Positions 1-11,440 of a stretch of 64,000 nt of DNA are shown one piece after another; within the stretch, counting starts at the first letter, position 1, and every line of letters starts with the position of its first letter. The notes beneath the pieces were generated by a model. That model worked only from the letters and a program-made list of their open reading frames with translations, made no database searches and was not told the origin of the DNA. Source of the DNA: Hydrolagus affinis (lineage: Eukaryota); assembly GCA_012026655.1 (NCBI GenBank), contig JAAILG010000205.1, positions 62,001-126,000 of the forward strand, given 5' to 3'. A program made the position numbers and the translations under genes.

Positions 1-11
1 GCATCCTGCAT
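1..11 (-). CDS. CACNA1C: First 11 nt of the IS6 exon 'MQDA(MGYELPW...)', one of the mutually exclusive 8/8a pair; truncated by the window edge
   Basis: The minus strand reads ...ccctccttcatctttccag|ATG CAG GAT GC. It has a polypyrimidine tract plus AG and phase 0, matching the end of exon 7. MQDA is the known continuation of ...TDVLYW in the cardiac-type variant. The 8 versus 8a naming differs between papers. Confidence 0.85.
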
Positions 12-178
12 CTGGAAAGATGAAGGAGGGTTAACAGAGAAATAGTTTGCAGATTAAAAGATAAGAGGCATGACCAGGTTAGAGAAATACACTCCAAAGT
101 CATGCACAGTGATTCAATAGCATGCACTTCCTGGTTATAGATTTCAAAAAATGAAAAGTTATATTACAACTCCATGCA
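12..178 (-). promoter_or_regulatory. 3' splice region of the IS6 exon: CU-rich tract, branch-point candidates and three UGCAUG (RBFOX) motifs
   Basis: Plus-strand CATGCA occurs at 101-106, 121-126 and 173-178, giving UGCAUG in the pre-mRNA. There are UCUCU/UCUU elements and the branch candidates CUAAC (~78-82) and UUAAC (~30-34). Confidence 0.6.
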
Positions 179-344
179 AATTATGATCTTTATTTTAATA
201 GCTTGCTCTTGCATAGTTGATGCATCTTATACTTTATCCTATACGAACATATGAATTAAATTAAACAGCTGATACAGCCCACTGTCCTCACTTTATATAA
301 ACTATATAAATTTTGACAAAGACTAAACAAAATTGTAGTCCTAG

Positions 345-625
345 GAGGAGTGTTGCATTGTTCGAGGTGTCATCCTTTTAGAAGATACATTAAAACCAAG
401 GTGAAAGATCACAATGGGCCATTTTAAAAGAGAAGAGAGTTTCTCCCAGTCAACAATTGTCCAGATAAATTGAACATTCAATTGATAGCTGTCCGTGGGT
501 CATTGCTATGTGCAAATTGTTTTCACATTTATCTTTAAAAACAGTTTTACACATTACAGCAATTTACTGCGAAATTAAGATACTTCAAAATTGTAGGTAC
601 TTTATCAAATGTAAGGATTATTACC
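345..625 (+). mobile_element. Old, degenerate Deu-domain-type SINE
   Basis: gtgttgcattgttcgaggtgtcatcctttt...gaagagagtttctccc...gctgtccgtgggtcattgctatgtgcaaattg, ending in the L2-type tail atcaaatgtaaggattatt. Confidence 0.55.
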
Positions 626-1484
626 TTCATATAATATACAGATTTACTTGCCCTTACCTCTCCCTATCTCTGTCTAAATGGGAATACACTATTCCAAAGA
701 CCTGTGTATCTTACGTTAATAAAAAAAATCTCATTATTTCAATCAATATATAATACGAAATCAAAGATAACATTTGGCATTTAAGGATTACACAAAGCAT
801 TCTAGGAAGTGAGTTTGTCATCAAATGAAGACATCATTGGTTCAATGAGTGTTTTATTTTAAACACAAAGATTTCTAATGAGAAATATAATCTCAGGAGA
901 CTGGTACAGTTTCCTCTCAAGTCATTCGGGGCATCAAATCTCAGTGTATGATGCCATTATCAAGCCTTTTAATCTTTAAAGGCCCGAGATACTCATCGCT
1001 ATGGCCCAGTGCTACTTTCTCATGGATGGTTGATGGGAAAAAATGATCCTCAAGGACAAAATATATTAAAGCAAAATGTATATGGCAAGAATGTGTAGAC
1101 AAAGTCCCTTCTCCATGACTGAATTACTACTATGGTCATTTGCAGGAGTTGTAAAAGGGATAAAATGCTTTGATATTATCTGTGTATGTTGCCTTAAGCT
1201 GATTTAGCTTTTTTTTTGAAAAAATTCAGAAGCATCTTGCACTTTGTATGAATTAGAACTATAGCCCACATATATTATCAGTTAGAAATAGAAAAATGGA
1301 GCTGGATTAGTTTTATTTTGGTGGTGTCTTTCAGAATGAATAAGAGAGAAATGAAACCGCTGACTTTGTCATGACAGTAGCCATATATTGTTTAAAGTGC
1401 CATTGAAACCCAGAGAGAAGTAAATGGGAATTGATGGGAAACCCTGTATAATTTATCCACAAAGGCCCTTCCACAAGGAGAGCA

Positions 1485-1558
1485 TTTGTGCTATGCTCAC
1501 CTGGTGTGAAGGTAGCTTCCACAAAAGCTACCTTCACACCGGGTGAGCATAGCACAAA
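1485..1558. repeat. Near-perfect inverted repeat: 34-bp stem, 6-nt loop
   Basis: tttgtgctatgctcacctggtgtgaaggtagctt-ccacaa-aagctaccttcacaccgggtgagcatagcacaaa, with a single non-Watson-Crick pair (1502/1541). Confidence 0.95.
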
Positions 1559-2224
1559 AATGATCATTCATAAGTGGTCACTGGTAAAATATTACAGAAA
1601 CCAAATTTGGAACATTTCTGTAAACTCTTCAACTTTAATGCAAACATTTAGAGATTGTCACCCTCTATTTCAATTCTTGCTCTGCTTTAGTAATGCAGAA
1701 TTGCAATGATTCCTTTTGATCTGCATAAGAGCAAACTATATACTATAACTGTACTATATTGAAATTCACACCAGCACAAGGAATTACAACTAATTTTTTT
1801 TTTTTAAAAACTTATAAAACACCAGTTAAAGCAAATTAGAGCTGCAATGGAGTTTACAGGAAAATGGCTTTGTAGGCTAGGAAGCAACAAGAAGGGTCGG
1901 ATAATATTTTAGAATTCAGGTGATCATAACAAATTTCAATGTATAATTCTTTCAAATACTGAGTTTGCCTTCATGAAGCATATAGAAAAGGATCAAATAT
2001 TTTCAAGCTTAGTTTTTTTAAAACTTATTTTCTCCCTCCTATTGTAAGCTTTAGTCATCACAAATTCTCCCCACTGTTGACTTGGTGTGATAGACCTGAT
2101 CTTCCATGGATAGAATTGTTTTTGTTTGATCTTCATCCGCTAGGATTTATGATTTGATTGAGACAGATGGATAATGTCCATCTTTCCTCCATTTCCCCTT
2201 TCCTGTAAAACATCACTTTTCTAT

Positions 2225-2505
2225 CAAGTAGTATTTGTCCACGCCGGACAGCATCTCAGAACGCTTCACAACAATGGATCCCAGGCCCGAGCCAGGGAGA
2301 GGGGGAGAAAGGTGACCGAAGGCACGGTCGAACAGAAAGGTCTTTAGCTGAGACCTAAAACTAGGAAGAGAGGGAGCGAGGCGAAGAGAGTGAGGAAGGG
2401 AGTTTCAGAGCTTCGGGATGTAGTGGCTGAAGGCACGGCCACCGATGGTGGAGTGGAGGATTCGGGGGACAAGGAGGAGACAAGAACCCGAGGAGCGAAG
2501 GCAGG
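2225..2505 (-). mobile_element. L2 LINE 3' fragment
   Basis: Reverse complement of the L2 3' end (gccttcagccactac...aagctctg..aactcccttcc), similar to 3722-3958. Confidence 0.7.
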
Positions 2506-3721
2506 TGAGTTCATCCGTCTCTCAAGACTTTCATATATCTGCCTTAATACCCATGAATTAGAGGAGTGCCCACTACAGGAACAATGCAATTTAATTTAAT
2601 TTCACACACCAGTCATTCTACACATTTTCAGGTTCAAGGCAGAGACCAGCTACCTTCACGCGGAAAGGCAGGGGAAATAGGAAGAAAACAATTTATAGTT
2701 TTTAAAAATCTGCAGACAGTACAACCGGTTGACAGCCACTGCTCCTTCCCCCACCCACCCCACCCCCTAGGCCAATTACAGAATGGCATTGGTACAGTAT
2801 TTGCTTCAGAAATGTTTCAGGAAGCAGCTGTAAGTTTTGTAGATCTGTAAAGGTGTGCATGTTTCTATCTCTCTACCAGTGATGAGGCCTGACTTCAATT
2901 AACTGAGAAGTGCAGGAAAAATACTTGGAGGGAACCCTTCATGAGTTGACTTGATGGGGCTCTGGGCCATTCATTGCTGTTTCCTTTCCATGGAGCTGTG
3001 TAATGTATCTCTTTATATAAATGTAATTTTAGAAACATGAATTCAAAAACCTGCAATAATTTGCAACTGTCATATACATTAAAATATACTGCATTTTTAA
3101 AGAGAAACTTGAGTGTTTAAATTCATAACATGTGTAGTGGTATGTGAAAATCAAGACAAATTCACCTTTTCTAAATAAAACTCCATTGCTTGTTGGCTTC
3201 TATTAAAGATGTGAACTAATTTATACTTAAATAGCAATGCTTAGCATAAGCCAAACTCAGAAGCCTAAATGCAATTTATATACTATAGCATATGCTTCCA
3301 AATCATAAGTTAATACAAATTTTTTAAATCTTTTTTAAATCAAATACAAAATCTTTTCCAAGGATGTTGTGGGAAAGCTTTGGTTTGATATCAAATATTC
3401 TTCTGGCACTTGTCCTTTAATATTTTTAAAGTATTTAAATTGTTCCAAGGATGTTGATCTTTTGTACCACGGATGTAAATGTGCATCCAGATTACACACA
3501 CTGTGAATCTCAGAGAAGGTGTTGAATTATCAGGGAGATAAATTACTTCTTCCAAACCTCATTTGAAAAGCTTTGATAGAAGCCTTAGAGTTGATCCTCT
3601 TATTTACTGGCTTGCCTTCTAATTTATTGGCACTAGCTTGGCAAGTATGTGGTCACAAGTTAGTGTCCCACAAGCTTCCTGATAATAACATTTTGTCTAC
3701 CATTTAGTCTGATTGTTAAAA

Positions 3722-3958
3722 ATCTGTGCCTTCAGCCACTACGCCCCAAAGCTCTGGAACTCCCTTTCTCACTCCCTTCGCTTTGCCCCCTCTCTTCCTA
3801 GTTTCAGGTCTCAGCTAAAGAGCTTCCCTTTCGACTGCGCTTTCAGTCACCCTTTTCCCTCTGCCCATGGCTCAGGCCCGGGATCCGTTATTGTGAAGTG
3901 CTCTGAGACACCGTCCGGCATGGACGGCACTATATCAATCGGAGTTGTTATTGTTATT
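3722..3958 (+). mobile_element. L2 LINE 3' fragment
   Basis: Encodes AFSHYAPKLWNSL...FRSQLKSFPF (L2 ORF2 C-terminus), followed by a 3' UTR and a (gtt/att)n tail. Confidence 0.8.
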
Positions 3959-4504
3959 GAAAGAAATGCTTGAACTTTGTGCAACTTGATAAGAATTTCA
4001 GAAATGTTTATTATTTTCAATTGGATTGAATAGCCATTTTATTATCTGAAGCACAGGGAATATTCATCAAGCAATATGGAGAATTTTAAAACAAAACTGG
4101 ATTTTAAGGTTAAATGAGTTGCTTATCAAGATTAACCATTTCCAAAATGTTGCCGTTCTATGGAACTATTACGTGGTATTAAATAACAGTACTTGTTATA
4201 TAATATTGGTAGTTTTTTTCATTATAAGTGTATGTCAAAGCAGCAAACTCTAACACAGCAAGTTAATCATCACATCAAACTTTTCATTCATCAAATAGAA
4301 AGTGTTCTACAGTATCAGCAGTGTTTAATGATGTCCACTAGGGGCAGACTGATTCACCTAATTCTAAATACCTCAACTGCCTTTTCATAATGTTTGCATT
4401 TGAAAGCAGCAGAAAAATTGCATTTTTTTAATCTATCTAATATGATTCCCATAAAATATCAATATGTTTAGGGATTAGCATATAATACAGCCCAATATCT
4501 GATG

Positions 4505-4655
4505 CTTCAATGGAGACAGGAAAGTAAATTAACATTTTAGGTCGATCACCTGTCGTCAGAACTCACTTTCCTCTCGTCATGGTAGCCTGCTGAGTTATCC
4601 CAGCGACTCCTATTTTCATTTCAGATTTCCAGCATCTGCAGTATTTTGCTTTTTT
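4505..4655. mobile_element. Penelope-like terminal remnant with inverted arrangement; includes a degenerate hammerhead on the minus strand (4527-4563)
   Basis: 4585-4655 matches 27716-27787 (cctgctgagtt.cccagc...gatttccagcatctgcagtattttg). 4527-4563 is the reverse complement of the 27650-27686 motif. Confidence 0.7.
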
Positions 4656-5831
4656 CTCCCTCACAATATCAGATACTTTGCTTTAAATTTTCCACTGTGG
4701 CCTAAAATTCCCCCAAATAAATATAGTATTGGTCATTCATTCCATTGCTGATTATAGGACAATGCTTTGACAGTGCAAATTACCTGTTGCATTTGGCCAC
4801 AAAACACAGTCAAACACAGTCTACTTTACAATATACAGTATGAACAAATATGAATCATCCTCCTTAGGTGAATTGCCAAATTACCAAAATCAAGATTATT
4901 ATTATTGTTCTTTCCTGCCCTTGTGCTCTACTTTATTATTTTTCAGTTTGCTTTTTTAAATTCTCACTTGTAGGCAAGAGATCTTCATCTTATCTATCCA
5001 GTGGTTGAACAACTGTTTGAAATAAAAATTCAATTCATGCTTTGATCAGGTCCATCAGATATTTGGTGCCATTAACTACACAAAAAAATCCAATTCACAT
5101 TAATCATTTCACTGCTTTTGGGAAGGAACTCAAACTTAAGTGAAGAAAGTACAAGGTAGAGGAGAAAACCGTGCAAACAGCTTCAGGCAGAATCAGCAAC
5201 GACACTTTAGGTTACAGTTGTACGGCAATAAATTAAAAATGGAAATTAAGAAATGCAATTAAGATTGCAACACAAAGAGATCAGGAAATGGGGGCAGTTT
5301 TGGAAAAAGATACAATGAAATAATGAAAGGTCCTAAAAGAGTGGATGGTGAGGGCAACACATAGAGGGATACCACCAACAGAATGGACGGAGCTAGAGAA
5401 AAATAACAAAAGATGTTGTAGCAGAAGAAAATATTAGGCTGCAATTGAAGGGAATTATCAGGTGTGCACTCCAATGAATGTTGTGAGCTGATAGTTGTGA
5501 ACCAGAGGAGGAACCAGTGTTTGAAACATTTGTCTACCATCAATAATCTTATTTCTGATACCTGTTGATATTCAATTTCAGATAAGGTGATAATAATCAA
5601 TTCCTAACTCCTTCCAAAGAGATTGTTGCCATTTAAGCAGCAATTACTTTCCAAAAAGAAATTTAATAAGTGCTTTTTGTCTCACATGTATAATAGAAAA
5701 AGTTAAAAACTGTATATGATCAGATCATACAAACTACATTTTTATTAATTTTCTAACCATCTTAAGATGCATTATAGAGCAGGCATTTTAAAATGGTTTG
5801 TGTGTAAGTTGACAAGAACACACACATTACA

Positions 5832-5868
5832 GTTAGTAAACATGTGGACAAGCAGGACATGCCATGCA
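5832..5868 (-). promoter_or_regulatory. Intronic splicing motifs downstream of the exon 7 donor: UGCAUG-GCAUG tandem and UACUAAC
   Basis: Plus-strand catgca 5863-5868, catgc 5858-5862 and gttagta 5832-5838. Confidence 0.5.
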
Positions 5869-5929
5869 CACAACTATAAATTTACTGTAAACTCCTATTA
5901 CTTTGTTGCTTACTTGCTTGAATACATAC

Positions 5930-6126
5930 CCAATATAATACATCTGTCCACCCTTCCATAGTGATGCATTGAAATACAGTTAGCATAGCAAAGGCAAAGT
6001 TGTCAAAGTTAGTGATTCCATCATTGGGGCCAACCCATCCAATCCTACAGAGTGTTTCATTTGAACACTGGCGGCCATGTCCCAAATTTCCGTTGCATGG
6101 AGCAGGTGCTTCTTCGCCAATTGTTT
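5930..6126 (-). CDS. CACNA1C: Cav1.2 alpha-1C exon equivalent to human exon 7 (repeat I extracellular loop and pore loop with selectivity-filter Glu)
   Basis: Reads tcttcag|AA ACA ATT... = (E)[65 protein letters not shown]|gtatgt, 197 nt, containing the TMEGW filter motif. Confidence 0.97.
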
Positions 6127-6530
6127 CTGAAGATCAAACAAGGCAGCAAGTTAATAATACAAAACAACTCTTTATTGGAACAGTTAACTGCCCCAAAAAA
6201 TTGTTTAAAGCATAAATTAATCTTACTGCTAAATTGACATCATGCAATGTTATTTTTAGGCATGGCAATTGAACTAAATATAGTACTATTATGACCAATA
6301 GGTTTATACAATTTGTTTGGATTAACAATTATATACACAATCCTAAAGTGCTGTTCCGTGACCTTATGAGATATAAAACTGGCCTGAATGGGTAGAGCAG
6401 GGAGTCGGACCACAGGAAACTGTAGCAAAAGGTTGAGGCAGACAGAAGCATTTGAACAAGGATTTTCAAGTCGATCTGTGGAGGACTAGGGAGCCAGTGG
6501 AGTCTAGTGAGTATGGCAGTGAAAGGGCTT

Positions 6531-6875
6531 AACAATAATAATAATCCTTGCATTTGATATAGCACCCTATCTCATCCTCAAGATGTCTCAAAGTGCTTCA
6601 GAATAAACTGTAAAGTGAATGGACTGTATACACTGTGGGTTAAACGCAGCAGTCAATTGCGCACAGCAGTATCCCACAAACATTTGTGGATTGAATGACA
6701 AAATTTTATATTTTATTTTTCCAAATGAAAAGCAATCCACCAATCGAGTAACAATGAGGTTCCTACTTATGGGCATGTGGAGTAAGGAAACGTACTTAAC
6801 ATTTTGTCCTGCCCAGGAATCGAACCCAGGTCCACTCGCTTACAAGGCAAGTGCTCTAACCAATAAGCTATAGGA
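6531..6875 (-). mobile_element. Near full-length tRNA-derived SINE with L2-type tail, inserted in an L2 fragment (~6400-7095, minus)
   Basis: The head is tcctatagcttattggttagagc...gggttcgattcc (A and B boxes), with the core tttgtgggatactgctgtgcgcaattg and the tail gtgctatatcaaatgcaaggattattatt. Both flanks are L2 ORF2 sequence (TRLHWLP...; TRLDLSNSL). Confidence 0.85.
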
Positions 6876-7311
6876 TACAATTACTGGGATTTCAGTAACC
6901 TGTTTGGAAATCATCGACAACATAAGTTGATTCTAAAAATAACATGATGGGCCTTGTTAAGGACGGAATATAGAGGTCTGGATGATCTGGATCTTTTGGT
7001 AGGTAAAACTAGAAGGAACAGGGAATTGGATAAGTCAAGTCTGGTGTAGTGGATGAGGGTTTTGGTTGCATTGGGAGTAAGGTAGTGGTGTGTCAACCAG
7101 TATTGTATCTTTCTACTTCCATGAATAATGAATATAGAAATGCTGATCAGTGCGTGAACTCTATTTTAGCACCAGTTAGTGTTTTATGGCTGAAACTACC
7201 ATTTTATATTGAGGGATAAATAGCACTGAAATGGGCTCTGTACAGAGAAACTTAGTTGCAAGCAAATGCAAGCTTTTGATTGACCAAAATGTCTTTAGAT
7301 TTAGAAAATGA

Positions 7312-7582
7312 CAATAATAATCCTTGCATCTTGTATTGTGCCATACAAGACACCTCAAAGTATTTCAGAGTGTTTCGCTATGGCTGTGTATTTGTTGGTA
7401 AAGAATAGCAGGAATACTTCAGTTTGTGGGAAACTGCTGTGCGCATTTGGCTGCCGGGTTTCACCCACATATATACAGTCAATTCGCTTTACAGTGAATT
7501 TACAGTATTCTGTGAGTGCTTTGAGACATCTAGAAGAAATGAAAAGCCCTATTTCAAATGTAAGGATGATTATTATTATTAA
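7312..7582. mobile_element. Two oppositely oriented 3' fragments of the same SINE
   Basis: The tail is in minus orientation at ~7312-7375, and the core plus tail is in plus orientation at ~7422-7582. Confidence 0.7.
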
Positions 7583-9139
7583 TAAGTCTACAACTTAGTT
7601 AACTGAGACAGTTAAAAATCTAACACCTTTTTGCCTATCAAATTAATATTGCGTTATAGAACATTCAATATTTACACCTATCAAAGTATGTATTGCTGAC
7701 AGTTGTTTATTAATTATGAAAAATTAGGGACAAAGGAAACAGCACTAGGTTACACAAAGGTTAAAACTATCTGCTTTTATTCCAACGATTGAGGATGTCA
7801 GGCATTTGATAGCATTAGCTCGTAAAAGTAACCATTATGATAGCAGAACCTTGGAAATCAAAAAAAAATCCTTATTAAGCAATACTTCATAATTTGAAAC
7901 CACTTGCCATTAAAGCTGAGGTTAAAATGTGAGATCTATTTTTGCATCCTAATAAACTACAGTATATACCCGCTGTGATTCATGCTTTCCACTGAAAAGC
8001 TAGCAGACGGTGCTAAACAAATAGATGCAACGGAAGTTCATTTCTCATTTCTCCTTTCTAAAGCAGAGAAAATGACAGGAGGCAAACATTAAAGTATAAG
8101 TGTGCAATTTTACAGTACATTATTGAGATAATTGGACTGCCACATTTTCTATCAGAGCCCATTTCAATGCTATTTATCAAACACAGTGTTTATCTATCAG
8201 AGACATAATGATAATTCTGCATACATTCTACCTGCCACACACCAGTGACCTAACATATAAACCTAACTGAGCACAAATACTCCTCCCCCTACTTGTACAT
8301 TGTTGCCTCCACAGGATATGTGAACATCCATAACGTTAAATGGTTTACTAATTTGCCCATATATCTCAGCTATTTTGATTCATCTAAGTAATATGACAAG
8401 TATCATCCTCTATTTATTTGTACATTTGTCTAATCAGTTTCTGTTTTTTTGCAACTAAAATGCTACTTCATTTGATACTGAAGTAAAATGTATTCCCTGT
8501 TAGTGTTTTATCAGGTTTCATTGATTATATGCATATAACAGATATGTCTGAAATATAAAGGAATTGATCCAACCAATGCAAAACAGTAGCAATAAAAGGA
8601 GACAAATATAGAACTCTTGAAGTGTGATAGAAAGAGCTGCAAACCTGCTTCTGGTGTCACATACAAGAGTTTGAAAGGTTCTTTATCAGCCAACTAGGAT
8701 GAAATTTGCATTGACAAGAAAGCAACACTTTTAGTCCAAGTTCACATTGGCTGCATGTTTGAGTTAGCAATAGTATTCTGCTGCCTTTTTCTAAGCCATT
8801 TCTATGTTCACTTACAACACAAGTACGTTAAATTTATTTCATAGAATTCATCCAACCACTGAGGAGCATTCTACATCTCCACAATCCTCTGTGTGAATAA
8901 ATAATTCCTAAGCTCAGGTCAAACTGTCTTAGATCTGATATTAAGACTTGAAAACCACACAATAGGGCACAGCCTCAACATTCAAACTAAGACAAGTTCA
9001 CGGTTCTTTATAATCAACATTTCAGTCTCTGAATATTTAGCTACCCTCCAAAAAAATAATACTGTGAAGTTTCTCCCAAACCCACAGAGGTAACTAAAGA
9101 CATCTGACCAGTTACATCAGGTGATGTGAGGCTGGATGG

Positions 9140-9625
9140 ACTGTTATATTCCTCACAGCAAAGGGGGTTAAGAGGTGATTTCATTGTGGTATTTAAAGCA
9201 ATAAAAGCTATTAATAGGTTAATTAGACAACTTCCCTCTAGTTGATGGTTCTATTGCAAGGCAGTAGTCTTACAATCAGGAATTAAAACAGCGTTTTGGG
9301 AGGTCCTCCCGACGTGAAAGGCCCAATAAAAGTGTAATTTTGTTGTTAAAAATGTTAAAACTGAGGTCAGCAAGCATTTCTTCATGCAGAGGATGGTGAA
9401 GATATAGAATGCTCTTTATCGAAAAGCTGTGGAAGCAGAATCAATAAGGATGCTTAAATGAGGGAGAAATGAGAGAGATAGGTATCGGGTAGTGGCAATA
9501 TACAGTAAATTGGTATGGCAAAAGATTGGCGGATTGCGATTGAATGTCTGCCAAGATCTAATAAATTGGTGGATCAAGCTCAATGGATTGAATGGCCTCC
9601 CACTGTTCTTGTTTTCTAATACATT
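9140..9625 (+). mobile_element. Degenerate CR1 LINE 3' fragment
   Basis: ggttaagaggtgatttcattgtggtatttaaa...ttcttcatgcagaggatggtg...gctgtggaagcagaatcaat...gaatggcctcc, similar to 27960-28310. Confidence 0.6.
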
Positions 9626-10370
9626 TATTCCACAGCATACTTCAGTTTGAGCGAGAGAACAAGAGATAGTAAACAAGACATACAAACAATCATGCTTGAT
9701 TTTCAATGCATTGGCATACTCTCTCTGTGTTCACACATTTGGACATTTTAAAGTCCAGAGAAGCGACATGCCCCCAAAAAGTAGGTTATTCCCCCCCACC
9801 ATAACAATTTTAGAAGATTCTATACTTCAAGGACACAAAACCAATCAATATTTCATGAACAAATAAACAAGAAAAATAACAAATTCTGTGACTGCCATTC
9901 ATTACTTATCAACATAGCTCCAAGTGCTCACTTCTCAATAAATTGCTACGTGATCAATGAGGTCATTACTTAGCTACGCAAACAGCAAATGTGTCATTGG
10001 CCAGTTACCCTAGGATAAGGAGAGGAAAACTGTCCATTCCTGATCATGCTCTCAGCAATAGCTGTTGGAAATGCACAAGTGTGGAGGTCAATAACGATTG
10101 GACAGGGATCAATTTCAATACCTCCCACAGTCAAATAGCCTGCCAACTCATGGTGTCAACACTCAAACACAAAGAATTACTGTTTACACAAGATACTGGA
10201 AAATGGCTGGCATTTTCAGCATTACAACATAAGTCAGCACTTTCAGCAGAAGAAGGGAGAAAATAAGTGCTAAAATGGTATTGATTAGTGGATTTAATTA
10301 TAGTTAAGTTATTAAATTAATTGAATGGACAAGATACAATTTCACTTTCAACAAGTGAATCAATTCCTGA

Positions 10371-10482
10371 CTGAATAGAAATAAATGATAGATTATCTTG
10401 GTTTTAACAATTATTTGCAATATTGCCTGAATAGAAATAAATGATAGATTATCTTGGTTTTAACAATTATTTGCAATATTGC
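10371..10482. repeat. Perfect 56-bp tandem duplication
   Basis: ctgaatagaaataaatgatagattatcttggttttaacaattatttgcaatattgc occurs twice (10371-10426 and 10427-10482). Confidence 0.95.
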
Positions 10483-11167
10483 CTAATTTCATTGAAGAAT
10501 TTATAGTTGTCACTTAATAACTATTATTAAAGTTAATACAATTAAAGTTATTAAATTAGTGGCTACATCCATCAATTATTTGAGCTACTGTATGTTCATA
10601 ATCCTCTGGAGGGTTTATTCAGGTTAATTTGGTTTCCTCATTTTCTTCTGACTTCCTTTTGTTTTTATCAAAAGAAAAATCCTGCACATGGCTGATCTTT
10701 CCAATCTATGGTTCTTCAATTCACTCGGATTTGTGGCAATAATACTCCAAGGCACTGTTAATGGGTCAGTCACTCCTGGCTCGTAAGTGGAATTTGGAGG
10801 AGTCATCATGGGCTGGAACTCTTCCTACTTAGAACCTGTTAACCTTGAAAGCCAAATCCATTGTGGGTAGAGTGTTTATAACTGGAAAACTTAGGAAGCT
10901 TATTCATGTTTGCAATGGCAAGCTGTGCAGATTCAGCTGGTTAAACTCCAGCAATACCCAAATGCACACTCTTGGGGTCCCCAGGATTTGGCGCTTGCTT
11001 ACCTCTGCTTAATTCGTTCAGTCTAGGTAAGCAAGCTTTATCCCTTTTTGCAAAGAATGCACACCCCATACCAGACAAACTGAAATTTCTGTATATATGC
11101 GGAACGTGCAGTAATTTTGTTGATTTTATACATGGATTCTGATGTGTCAGACACCCAGTTGCGCAAA

Positions 11168-11440
11168 ACAATAACTACAGAAATCACATTTTCATAGCAC
11201 CTTTCATGTCGGGAGAACGTCCCAAGGCAAAGCACAGTCAGGGATTTGAACCCATGCAGGGAGTCGGGACTGGAGGAATAGAGGGCAGGGATAGGACGTT
11301 GGCCGAAGGCCTGGTCAAAGATGAGTGTCTTGAGATGTACTTTGAAGGAGGCCGGAACCTGCTGAGTGGAGGGAGTGGATAGGTTGATAAGGAGTTAGCA
11401 GGTCACAGAGGTATGAAGGAGCAAGGTTGTGGAGGGCCCT
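11168..11440 (-). mobile_element. L2 LINE 3' fragment
   Basis: The L2 tail atagcacctttcatgtcgggagaacgtcccaaggc is followed by a purine-rich reverse 3' region. Confidence 0.65.

Noticed and set aside
1331-1709. Opposite-strand ORFs sharing 'LCSPGVKVA...ATFTPGEHST'
   Set aside because: They are an artefact of the DNA palindrome at 1485-1558.
12-5929. Second mutually exclusive IS6 exon (VNDA... type) within intron 7
   Set aside because: It was not found by eye. It would be expected beyond the left window edge, so the exon pair itself cannot be confirmed here.
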